Assembly: GCF_000007225.1 (NCBI RefSeq)
Contig: NC_003364.1
Location: forward strand, 2,160,001-2,192,000
Direction: 5' to 3'
Origin: Pyrobaculum aerophilum str. IM2
Lineage (GTDB): Archaea; Thermoproteota; Thermoprotei; Thermoproteales; Thermoproteaceae
Length of the DNA stretch: 32,000 nucleotides
Position numbers and translations under genes: made by a program. The notes under the pieces are model-generated. The model made no database searches and was not told the origin of the DNA. It saw nothing but the letters and a program-made list of their open reading frames with translations. This document shows positions 1 through 7,466 of the stretch, in pieces; the stretch's first letter is position 1; every line of letters starts with the position of its first letter.

Positions 1-857
1 AACCCCAAGGCTAAGGCGTGCGTCGCGACGTCCCGCCACAAGGTCGGGGCGCCGAGGAAAAGTATTAACCCCGCCGCCATTAGCCAGAGGTAGGCGGACC
101 AAATCTTCACGTATGAGAAGAGCTTCTCCGTCCTGGCGTATTGGGCGACGCCTGAGAAAAGTATTGACGCCGTCCCGCTGGCCGCCAGGAGCGCGCCGGC
201 GGCTTCTACAATTCCAAAAGTCCACATGGCGAAGGAGGCGACGAGCAATAGAAAGGCCAAGACGCCTAGCCGCTCCCTCGCGGGCCTTCTCCCCGTCACT
301 AATGCGATGTCTCTGGCCATAACGGCGTAAATCATACTCACTGGGAATATCAACATGGCGACGCCCAAATCCCCTCCCCCAATCCACGCCGTTATATACA
401 GCGCTATAGACGCCGCGAGGGAGGCGACGATTAGATAGTTATAGGCCGAGGGCCTAAACCCCATTTTAGACGGCTTTAGATACGTCCTGGAGTATGTTAT
501 CAAGACTAGCAACATCGCGAGGTAGGCCGCTGAGGACAGCCACGCGGCCCCCGCAACAGTCCCCGCCAGCAGAGCCCACAACAAGGCGGCGTATAGGGCC
601 AGCGTAATGCCGCCCGCCTGCCTCCCAGACCACTCCATGGACAGCACGTTTAAAAGCTCGTTCCCTATGAGAGCTGCGAAAAAGCCGGCGATCATTAAAT
701 AAAAGTGTTGTGTAACTTCAAGCTTAATGGGGAAGCTGGTGCCGGCCCAGCTCCACATAATTCCAATTCCGCCAAGTCCTCCAAGCACTAGCGATATTAA
801 GCCGGGGGCCATTACGGGTATGACTCTCCTTGGCGTAAACACCTCTCCCATAGCCAT
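1..857 (-). CDS. Polytopic membrane protein, tentatively NnrS-like (N-terminal ~285 codons only; the gene runs off the left edge)
   Basis: It is missing from the ORF track only because it has no stop codon inside the window. The reverse complement from 857 reads ATG GCT ATG GGA GAG GTG... = MAMGEVFTPRRVIPVMAPGLISLVLGG..TQHFYLMIAGFFAALIGNELL..EWSGRQAGGITLALYAALLWALLAG..RDVATHALALG, and I read it as open down to nt 1. It has a strongly hydrophobic multi-TM pattern. The H-x3-M-x2-GF segment followed by W-S-G-R and an LLW helix resembles NnrS N-terminal motifs as I remember them. Its divergent position next to qNOR fits the usual NnrS context. The family call is tentative. Confidence 0.5.
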   Translation of the reverse strand, partial: MAMGEVFTPRRVIPVMAPGLISLVLGGLGGIGIMWSWAGTSFPIKLEVTQHFYLMIAGFFAALIGNELLNVLSMEWSGRQAGGITLALYAALLWALLAGTVAGAAWLSSAAYLAMLLVLITYSRTYLKPSKMGFRPSAYNYLIVASLAASIALYITAWIGGGDLGVAMLIFPVSMIYAVMARDIALVTGRRPARERLGVLAFLLLVASFAMWTFGIVEAAGALLAASGTASILFSGVAQYARTEKLFSYVKIWSAYLWLMAAGLILFLGAPTLWRDVATHALALG

Positions 858-1160
858 GTTCTCGTTATGAAGACAAATACGTGGCAGTTATTCTGATTAA
901 CTAAAGGGCATAAAAACCGCGGGATGCGGAATTGGCGTAATGCCCTTCTAGGGCGCCCGTTGCAACGCCCCATTTTAATAGCCTTTGTATAAGGCGCGTA
1001 CTTCCCTCTGTACTGATGTGAGGGTGATGATGGTCAAGCATGTGTTGAGATCTGTGCGCGTTTAAACTTGGCGGAGGCCGAGAGATCGGATGTCTGTTAT
1101 CTCTACCCGCTTAATGTTAACATTTGGCGTAAGCTTGCACTTTGTGTTTTTATGTTATTG

Positions 1161-1181
1161 TGGTTAACCAGAATTTATAAC
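1161..1181 (+). promoter_or_regulatory. qNOR promoter: perfect 10-bp palindrome TGGTTAACCA abutting the TATA box AATTTATAA
   Basis: TGGTTAACCA lies at 1161-1170 and the TATA-like AATTTATAA at 1172-1180. The TATA centre is about 26-29 nt before the ATG at 1205, which matches the leaderless geometry seen at most genes in this window. Confidence 0.55.
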
Positions 1182-1204
1182 TTAACACCGGCGTAATAGC
1201 GTTC

Positions 1205-3370
1205 ATGAAAAACGGCTGGACTTATTTCGTGCTTGCCGCCACAGTTCTCGTCTACGTTGTGTACATAGCCATGGCGGTGTGGACTTTTTACAACTTGCCC
1301 CCAATACCTGAGAGAGTGGTTACTAAGAGCGGTGAGTTGTTATTCACGGCGCAGGACATAATAGAGGGTAAGACGCTTGCTCAAAAATATGGTCTTTTAG
1401 ACTACGGCTCCTTCCTGGGATTCGGGGGGTATTTCGGCATTGATTACACCGCATATACCATGAAGTTTTTTGTAGATAAAATAGGACAGTTGAAAGGCAC
1501 TGCCCTGGCCTCAGAAATTAAACACCTCATGACGCCGCAGTTCTCTGCAAAAACCTCCTCTCTGTTTGCCCCAGCGGCAGGAGTCGCGGTGGTCAGCGAC
1601 GAGTTCGGCGCGGCTTATAAACAGGCTGTTGACTTCTACAAACAGCTATTTGGGCCTAAGGCTGAGGAGATAGGCCTCAAGCCCAATTTAATCACAGACC
1701 CCGAACACGTCAGGAAGATAGTATCTTTCTTCACCTGGGGCGTTATGATCGCCATGGCTAATTACACGAACGGCTTCCCCTACATGCCTGGCATTCTCAC
1801 GCCTAATATACACGTCACTGTTGCCACTTGGGTCACTTTCTTTATACTACTGCTTGTCATTATGCCGCTGGCGGGGTGGATAATAATTAAATTTATAGAC
1901 TACTGGAAAGAGCCGAGGATAACCGTTGATCTCCCGCCGCCTTCTAAAGAACAGAGGCTTGCCCTGCTCGGGTTTGTTCTGGCAGTGTTGGGCTTGTCCA
2001 TTCAAGGCCTCCTCGGGGGCTACCTCATGCACAAATACACAGAGCCCTCAACGCTATACGGCATTTCGGGGATAAACAACGTACTGCCCTTCAACGTGGC
2101 CAGGGCGCTCCACTACAATTTGGCCCTACTGTGGATAGCCGTCTCCTGGGTCTCATTCGCCTTGTTCGTCTTGCCGTATTTAGGAGTTAAGCTGTCTAAA
2201 GGCAAAGTCCTCGCAATTTTAGGCGCCGGGGCCTTTACCGCCCTGGGGATACTCCTCGGCGTTTGGTCCTCCTACTTACAGCTACTGCCAGATCCTCTGT
2301 GGTTCATAATAGGGTCGCAGGGCAGGCCGGTAATTAGCCAAGGCACTCTGTGGCTGTTGCTTATTGCCGCTTTGCTTTCCTACCTCTCGGTAACTGTGTG
2401 GAGAGCCTCTAAGACCTCCCCCGAGCCCATACAGCCGTTAGTCAAAATCCTGTCTATTGCGCTGGCGGGCACTGCCTTCGGCGCGTTTATGGGCGCACTG
2501 CCCGTGGTGACGCCGTGGTGGCACTTCACAATTGACGAGTACTTCCGGTGGATAATAATACACTCATTTGTAGAGGGCTTTTGGCCCGCCATTGTAATTC
2601 CTATACTGTTAATACTCTTAGTAATCGCGGGGATGGTGCCGCCGAAAATGGCCGTCGCCGCGGCGGGGCTAGACGCCACTCTTGAAATAGTCACGGGCAT
2701 GATCGGCACAGCCCACCACTACTACTGGGGCGGCCAGCCCACACTGTGGATGTACGTAGGCGCCGTGATGTCCACTTTAGAAGTGCTCCCAATAGGCTTT
2801 CTCATTGCATACGCTGTGGTTTTATGGAAGAGGGGCGAGTATAAGACAGAGCTTCAAAAGACGTTGCTCACCTTCGTCTTAGTGGCAGCCTTTGGAGGAG
2901 CCATAGGCGTAGTGGCCTTCGGCGCTGGTCTCATAAACATGCCGGTGGTTAACTATTATCTTCACGGAAGCCAGGCCACTATGGTCCACGCCCATCTCGC
3001 CATGCCAATGGCATACGGCGTGCCCACCATGTTGATGTGGACCGTGGCCTTCGCCCTCGCGGGGGCCTTCGGCGCAGTTCAACTGCGCAGATTGAGAATG
3101 GCGGTTGTGATAATGGCGGTTGGGTTCTACTTACAAGTCACCTTATCGCTTATGTTATTAATGACTAATCAGTTTGTAACCACGACGCAAGTTGGCTACT
3201 GGGCCTCCAAGGCCATCTTCGCCCCCGACGGCACGCCGGCGTTTTGGTCAAGGCAGGATATTCAGATGTATGTGTGGCTGAGGATGATTGGAGACGTGGT
3301 GGCCGCAGTGGGCATAGGCACTTTCTTAATCTACATGTTAAGGGGATTGCCAAAGGTGTTTAAAACTTAA
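1205..3370 (+). CDS. norZ: Quinol-dependent nitric oxide reductase (qNOR, single-subunit NorZ/NorB type)
   Basis: The ORF encodes 721 aa. An N-terminal TM helix and a ~200-aa extracytoplasmic domain are fused to a 12-TM NorB core, which is the qNOR architecture. The catalytic signatures appear in the expected order: ALHYNLALLW (TM2 His), IIHSFVEGFW (FeB His plus Glu at +4), GTAHHYYWGG (TM7 HH) and MVHAHLAM (TM10 HxH). Confidence 0.9.
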   Translation: MKNGWTYFVLAATVLVYVVYIAMAVWTFYNLPPIPERVVTKSGELLFTAQDIIEGKTLAQKYGLLDYGSFLGFGGYFGIDYTAYTMKFFVDKIGQLKGTALASEIKHLMTPQFSAKTSSLFAPAAGVAVVSDEFGAAYKQAVDFYKQLFGPKAEEIGLKPNLITDPEHVRKIVSFFTWGVMIAMANYTNGFPYMPGILTPNIHVTVATWVTFFILLLVIMPLAGWIIIKFIDYWKEPRITVDLPPPSKEQRLALLGFVLAVLGLSIQGLLGGYLMHKYTEPSTLYGISGINNVLPFNVARALHYNLALLWIAVSWVSFALFVLPYLGVKLSKGKVLAILGAGAFTALGILLGVWSSYLQLLPDPLWFIIGSQGRPVISQGTLWLLLIAALLSYLSVTVWRASKTSPEPIQPLVKILSIALAGTAFGAFMGALPVVTPWWHFTIDEYFRWIIIHSFVEGFWPAIVIPILLILLVIAGMVPPKMAVAAAGLDATLEIVTGMIGTAHHYYWGGQPTLWMYVGAVMSTLEVLPIGFLIAYAVVLWKRGEYKTELQKTLLTFVLVAAFGGAIGVVAFGAGLINMPVVNYYLHGSQATMVHAHLAMPMAYGVPTMLMWTVAFALAGAFGAVQLRRLRMAVVIMAVGFYLQVTLSLMLLMTNQFVTTTQVGYWASKAIFAPDGTPAFWSRQDIQMYVWLRMIGDVVAAVGIGTFLIYMLRGLPKVFKT

Positions 3371-3412
3371 TTTTTAAACATAAAAGTGTTTAAGTACATA
3401 TTTTTTTCTTTG
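3371..3412 (+). terminator. Oligo-T tracts downstream of qNOR (archaeal-type termination signals)
   Basis: TTTTT at 3371-3375 follows the TAA stop directly. TTTTTTTCTTT lies at 3401-3411. No ORF occupies this spacer. Confidence 0.4.
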
Positions 3413-3447
3413 CGCAATTCTTAAAAATAGAAAACAAAAGATATTCA

Positions 3448-3912
3448 ATGAAATATCTTGTTCTATATTTAAAGCCTTGTAGTAAAATGCCCCGCGACGC
3501 CTATGCCTATCTCGGTTTTCAAATTAACAACGGCAAGGTAAAACACTTAGTGGCCACGTCGAGGGGGCTCGAAACGGTTACCTCAAGATGTGAAGAATGT
3601 ATATTTTATAAACTGGCCTCTTCCTCATACGTATACGGCCAGCCCGCCATCGTAGGGGGGAAGTTAAAGGTAATTGTGTCTGACAACCGCGCCGTCAGGA
3701 GGCTGATTTCACAACACCTCCCTCAGGTTGTTAAAGTCGTGGAGATGCGCCATACGGGGTTAATAATTACGGACAGACAGAGGGAGGTGCTCCTCAGCCT
3801 CGCCAACGGCCATAATTTGACCACAGTGGCGAGGCAGAACAACGTGTCAAAGGTGGCCGTCTATAAAATGTTTAAAACAGCGCTGAGAAAACTCTCACTT
3901 ATCCTAGCTTAA
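3448..3912 (+). CDS. Small transcription regulator with a C-terminal LuxR/GerE (sigma-70 region 4-like) HTH and N-terminal Cys residues
   Basis: The ORF encodes 154 aa. The C-terminus ITDRQREVLLSLANGHNLTTVARQNNVSKVAVYKMFKTALRKLSL fits the L-T-x-R-(Q/E)-x-x-V-L...G...I-A...V-S...V HTH pattern. A CEEC (CxxC) motif lies upstream. An AT-rich TATA region at about 3418-3435 precedes the ATG. Confidence 0.6.
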   Translation: MKYLVLYLKPCSKMPRDAYAYLGFQINNGKVKHLVATSRGLETVTSRCEECIFYKLASSSYVYGQPAIVGGKLKVIVSDNRAVRRLISQHLPQVVKVVEMRHTGLIITDRQREVLLSLANGHNLTTVARQNNVSKVAVYKMFKTALRKLSLILA

Positions 3913-4227
3913 AATTTCAACAACTTTTTTAAGAGCTCTTTTTACAAGTTTACAAGCTGCCGATTTAGATATGCCGAGCCCCTGAGCGACGGCCTCCAGC
4001 CCTCCATTAGAGAAGAAGATGAGAGCGGCGCGTTGCCGGGGCGTCAAGCGCGGGTTTCTCCACCTCTTTACCACTGCCTTCACCCGCCGCCTTCTTACGT
4101 ATTTTTTCACGGCGTTGTTGGCCACCACGGTGAAGACAATAAAGCCGTCTCTTATTTCAGGCATTTTAACCAAAGCGGTGTTTTTCAACAACTCCGACAA
4201 GATACAAGAGGAACAATATATTTTCAC
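3904..4227 (-). CDS. Small transcription regulator with a C-terminal LuxR/GerE-like HTH (paralogous fold to 3448..3912)
   Basis: The ORF encodes 107 aa from a GTG start at 4227. The C-terminus LTPRQRAALIFFSNGGLEAVAQGLGISKSAACKLVKRALKKVVEIL is a LuxR-type HTH. The N-terminus has a CSSC (CxxC) motif. A TATA-like CTATATTAAAC sits about 25 nt upstream on the minus strand. The gene is convergent with 3448..3912, with a 9-nt overlap. Confidence 0.6.
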   Translation of the reverse strand: MKIYCSSCILSELLKNTALVKMPEIRDGFIVFTVVANNAVKKYVRRRRVKAVVKRWRNPRLTPRQRAALIFFSNGGLEAVAQGLGISKSAACKLVKRALKKVVEILS

Positions 4228-4454
4228 AAGCCCATCGCCCCGTTTAATATAGTGTATAACTTTACCATTTTGTATAGAAAAACCTAAATATTCAGCTCAT
4301 TTCCCACAATCTCCAATACTTTCTAAAAAATTTTTACAAGGTTTTTCATAAATAGTGAGAAGTTCCATTACAAAAAGTGCACATAGCGATTTAAAAACTT
4401 TATGATCAACGAGTTTAAGGGATAGAGAGAAATAAGGAGGCGTAAATTATACAC

Positions 4455-5033
4455 ATGTTCGGCGTTGTAATGAGTATAGTGGCGGCACTGGCGCTGGGAT
4501 TTGGCCTGTTCTGCCTGTGGAGATGCGTAAAAACAAAGGAGTTGGCGGATTTATTCGTCTCCATAGGGGCATTTGTGCTGGCCGCCCTCGCTCTGCTCTT
4601 AGCTACACAGGGACTTGCCGCTCTGCAGTCCCCGCTGGCCGCCCCGCTGGGCGCCCTAGTGCCTCTTTTAATATCTCTGGGGGTTGTGAAAATCGCCGCG
4701 GCTAAGTGGTGGAAGTGGTATGCCGTTTTTGTCCTAGTTGGGTTAATTGCGATATCAGTCGCCAGGACGGCGGTGTCCGTGGTGCATTCAATTGCCGGGC
4801 TTGTGATTGTCATCTTGCCTATATACGCCGTGTTGAAGAAAAAACTTCCGCCCCACTTCATAGGGGTGTCTATTGGAGGGGTTTTAATTGGAATAGGAGG
4901 CGTGGCCCTGGCCTCGGCGGTCATGGCTAGGCCGATACTGCCTCTAGAAACCGTGGTGGCGCTCCTCCCGTGGATACTGCTTTTAATGACTGTCTTCTAC
5001 GCCTATGGGTTCATCCTAGGGGTTAGGAAATGA
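4455..5033 (+). CDS. Integral membrane protein (~7 TM), family unknown; first gene of a two-gene operon
   Basis: The ORF encodes 192 aa of almost entirely hydrophobic helices. Its stop overlaps the next start (ATGA at 5030-5033). An alternative start at ATG 4470 (MSIVAAL) fits the TATA-like GTAAATTATACA just upstream better. Confidence 0.65.
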   Translation: MFGVVMSIVAALALGFGLFCLWRCVKTKELADLFVSIGAFVLAALALLLATQGLAALQSPLAAPLGALVPLLISLGVVKIAAAKWWKWYAVFVLVGLIAISVARTAVSVVHSIAGLVIVILPIYAVLKKKLPPHFIGVSIGGVLIGIGGVALASAVMARPILPLETVVALLPWILLLMTVFYAYGFILGVRK

Positions 5034-6370
5034 GAGAAATTAAACTCCTCCTGTTTTTCACCTTACCACTGCTCGCCTTTTTCGGGCTGTTGTCCGGCCC
5101 CCTGGCGGAGGCCGGGGTGAAAGAGGCGTTGAGCCGCTACCTATCAATAGGCCCCGGCGAGGAGGATTTCGCGGCGCGTGTTATTATGGCGTATCACATA
5201 GCCGCAGTGGTGGTAATGGCCGGGACGCTCTACTTAGCGGCCAAGTACGTAGACCACGAGCCGAACACTGGGAGAATTGCGGTAAACCTAGCCACGGCCG
5301 GGTGGCTTATAGCCGTGCCGTCAGACTTGGCGTTTGCCTATTTCGGCAGGAGCCCCTTGGCCCACGGCCTGTGGCTCGTGGGGCTGAGCTTAATGTTCGC
5401 CGCAGGCCTTGTATTCCTCTACTCCATTTCCCCCTGGAGGTTGAGCTGGAGGGAGAGGACTCTCGAGCGGGCTACTGCCTTCACAGTGGGCGCGACGCTT
5501 TTAATTGCAGTAATTATGGGGGCGATATACGCCGCTCACCTCGGCTTTGATGAAAACGTAAAGATATACATACTGGAGGAGCACTCCACAAGGGAGTACC
5601 GGGGGCTCGCCCCGGCCTCCACGCCGTTGCAACTCTTAATCTCAGGCCATGCCCATGCCGCCGTGGCTCTGTGGGCGGCTGCTGTAATGTTTATAGGAAT
5701 GAAGTGGGCCCGGATGGACAACTGGAGGCCTAAGTTGTATAAAATTACTTTGGCGCTAACGGCAATAGGGGCTTTAATTACATTAATTGGAAGCGCCGCT
5801 GTGGCGGTGGTGAGGCCCATAGCCCATCAGATAATTTTCGGCGGTATTGGGCCGTTGCACCTGGCCCTCTTCTTCTTATGGCTGAGGCTCGGGGGCATGC
5901 TAAAAGGCGGGGGGTGGAGGGATCCCGTGAAGTTGGGCCTATTCCTAGTCCCCATTTGGACTGTGGTATTCGTCACGTCAACTGGGCCCATGCTCGCCTC
6001 TCAGACAAAAACCGTAAGGCTCGTCTGGCCTTTAGAGGACGAGATTGCGTACAACGTGGCGCATTGGCACATGTTGGCGTTTATCATAGCCTCTGCAATG
6101 TTTCTCCTCTATCTTTCGGAATTCGCCGGGCGCATCAGACAAATTTCGGGGTTTTTGTTGGCAATAGGGGGGACAATCGCGCTCGCGGGGGCTTTTATCT
6201 ACGAGCTGTCTCCCCTATTTGCCCGCAAAGCCGGCGTCCAGCTGGCGCCAGCCTCAGCCGCTTTAAAGAAGGGCATCCTCCCGGTTATAGACGCGGGGCT
6301 GGCCTTGTCTTTCGCCGCGTTTGCCCTCTTTGTACTGTGGTTATTTGTAAAAACTGTTAGAAAAGCCTAA
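5030..6370 (+). CDS. 12-TM histidine-rich membrane protein, family unknown; candidate divergent NorB/heme-copper-oxidase-like protein
   Basis: The ORF encodes 446 aa and is translationally coupled to 4455..5033. I count about 12 hydrophobic helices. The TM histidines are H56 (MAYHIAAV), H207/H209 (SGHAHAAVALW), H266/H277 and H345/H347 (VAHWHMLAF). The coding call is strong. The functional call is an inference, explained in the findings. Confidence 0.7.
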   Translation: MREIKLLLFFTLPLLAFFGLLSGPLAEAGVKEALSRYLSIGPGEEDFAARVIMAYHIAAVVVMAGTLYLAAKYVDHEPNTGRIAVNLATAGWLIAVPSDLAFAYFGRSPLAHGLWLVGLSLMFAAGLVFLYSISPWRLSWRERTLERATAFTVGATLLIAVIMGAIYAAHLGFDENVKIYILEEHSTREYRGLAPASTPLQLLISGHAHAAVALWAAAVMFIGMKWARMDNWRPKLYKITLALTAIGALITLIGSAAVAVVRPIAHQIIFGGIGPLHLALFFLWLRLGGMLKGGGWRDPVKLGLFLVPIWTVVFVTSTGPMLASQTKTVRLVWPLEDEIAYNVAHWHMLAFIIASAMFLLYLSEFAGRIRQISGFLLAIGGTIALAGAFIYELSPLFARKAGVQLAPASAALKKGILPVIDAGLALSFAAFALFVLWLFVKTVRKA

Positions 6371-6797
6371 ACCCTTTTTTCACCTCTTTTTTCACCCTCT
6401 CCACTAGCGCGTCGGCCCAGTCTTGAGGCGTGGCGTAGTGGCCGTCCACCAAGCCGAGGCTAGTCAACGCGTTTAAGTGGATGGAGTAATACGGACATTT
6501 TAAACACTCAGTTTCGCAAACCTCTGGTATATACACGCAGTGCTTCTCGGTCAGGATGAGAAGGGGCCTTTTAAGAAGCTGAAAAGCGCCGTCTACTGCC
6601 TCCATGGGGATATAAATACAGGGCTCTCCCAGCCCCAAGCGCTGAAGTTTATTAAGCCTGCGGTAGACGGAGCTGAGGGGCAGGCCCAGTACAAAACTAA
6701 TTTGTTTAGGTTTAAGCCTAGCCGAGAGGCACAGCAGTTTTACGTCCTCGGCGGATAAAGAGGCGAGGATGAAACGGGGGACGATTTTTATACACAC
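6357..6797 (-). CDS. Transcription regulator with an N-terminal LuxR/GerE-like HTH and a C-terminal C-x6-C-x3-C-x2-C cluster
   Basis: The ORF encodes 146 aa from a GTG start at 6797. A TATA box (TATTTAAAA on the minus strand, plus-strand coordinates 6817-6825) lies about 24 nt upstream. The HTH is LSAEDVKLLCLSARLKPKQISFVLGLPLSSVYRRLNKLQRLGL. The Cys cluster is HCVYIPEVCETECLKCPYY (C87, C94, C98, C101; nt 6495-6539). Confidence 0.65.
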   Translation of the reverse strand: MCIKIVPRFILASLSAEDVKLLCLSARLKPKQISFVLGLPLSSVYRRLNKLQRLGLGEPCIYIPMEAVDGAFQLLKRPLLILTEKHCVYIPEVCETECLKCPYYSIHLNALTSLGLVDGHYATPQDWADALVERVKKEVKKGFRLF

Positions 6798-6843
6798 TTA
6801 GGATGGCCTGACACACTTTTAAATACTTAATTGTTAATGCGGT

Positions 6844-7422
6844 TTACTCCCCCGCCTCGAATTCCTCGTCAAATAGCCTTTGTAACAAGTTTACTATATG
6901 TCTATAAGGGCTTTTAGACTCCTCCACGCATTTTTTAAATTTGGGGAACCAGGGCTTTATAAAACGTCTATAGAAATCGCGCCTCACTTGCGCCGAGGCT
7001 CCCTCGGCCTCTGAGGTGGCCGCTAGGAATTCCAACATAACGGGGAGGTAGTCCGGCAGCTCCCTCCTGACGTCCATGGTGAAGCCCAGCGCTTTGTAGT
7101 AAGTGAGTATTTGGTGCATGTAAAGCCCCCTTTCTCTGCTGTCCTCCCCCAGGGCGTAGTAGCCTCCATAAGGGGGACATCTGGGGGCTAGTTCAAACAT
7201 CTCCACTCTGTGAGCCTCAATACTCCCATCATCCGCCTCTTGGAAGAAGTCTCTGAGCTCCGACAGCCCGAGCGCCTCGGCTAATTTCAACACCTCCTCG
7301 CGTTTAGAGTAAACCTCTTTGGGATTGTCGAAAAGCCTGGCGGAGATCACGTAAAGAACTCTTAAGACATTCACGCGCATACTCTGCCCCATATTTAAAA
7401 ATATCGACGGCGGTAAATGCAA
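6844..7422 (-). CDS. narJ: Nitrate reductase assembly chaperone NarJ (TorD/NarJ family)
   Basis: The ORF encodes 192 aa. FELAPRCPPYGGYYALGEDSRERGLYMHQILTYYKALGFTM..ELPDYLPVMLEFLA is the typical NarJ/TorD core. The gene is divergent from narG. The start is uncertain, with in-frame alternatives at 7392 (ATG), 7380 (ATG) and 7374 (GTG). Confidence 0.8.
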   Translation of the reverse strand: MHLPPSIFLNMGQSMRVNVLRVLYVISARLFDNPKEVYSKREEVLKLAEALGLSELRDFFQEADDGSIEAHRVEMFELAPRCPPYGGYYALGEDSRERGLYMHQILTYYKALGFTMDVRRELPDYLPVMLEFLAATSEAEGASAQVRRDFYRRFIKPWFPKFKKCVEESKSPYRHIVNLLQRLFDEEFEAGE

Positions 7423-7448
7423 CGCGGTTTTCGACGTGTTTTTCTCGC

Positions 7449-7466
7449 CTATATATTGTTAAAAAC
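7449..7466. promoter_or_regulatory. AT-rich TATA region of the narG promoter, possibly shared bidirectionally with narJ
   Basis: The sequence is CTATATATTGTTAAAAAC. It lies 20-36 nt before the narG ATG at 7486. Read on the other strand, it lies 27-44 nt before the first narJ ATG at 7422. Confidence 0.5.

Noticed and set aside
113-322. 69-aa plus-strand track ORF (MRRASPSWRIGRRLRK...).
   Set aside because: It is Arg/Pro-rich and low-complexity, typical of a wrong-frame or antisense read of GC-rich coding DNA. It lies entirely inside the open minus-strand membrane-protein frame 1..857.
1012-1050. C-box-like GTGATGA (1024-1030) in the nnrS-like/nor spacer as a C/D sRNA.
   Set aside because: No CTGA D box or C'/D' pair occurs at suitable spacing on either strand.
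4415-4930. Antisense 169-aa ORF and two small alternative-frame ORFs over the 192-aa membrane gene. Similar shadow ORFs occur at 5302-5550, 5536-5820 and 5878-6360 over the 446-aa gene.
   Set aside because: Their composition is typical of off-frame GC-rich sequence. The sense frames give coherent TM-helix patterns, and the two genes are coupled by an ATGA overlap.
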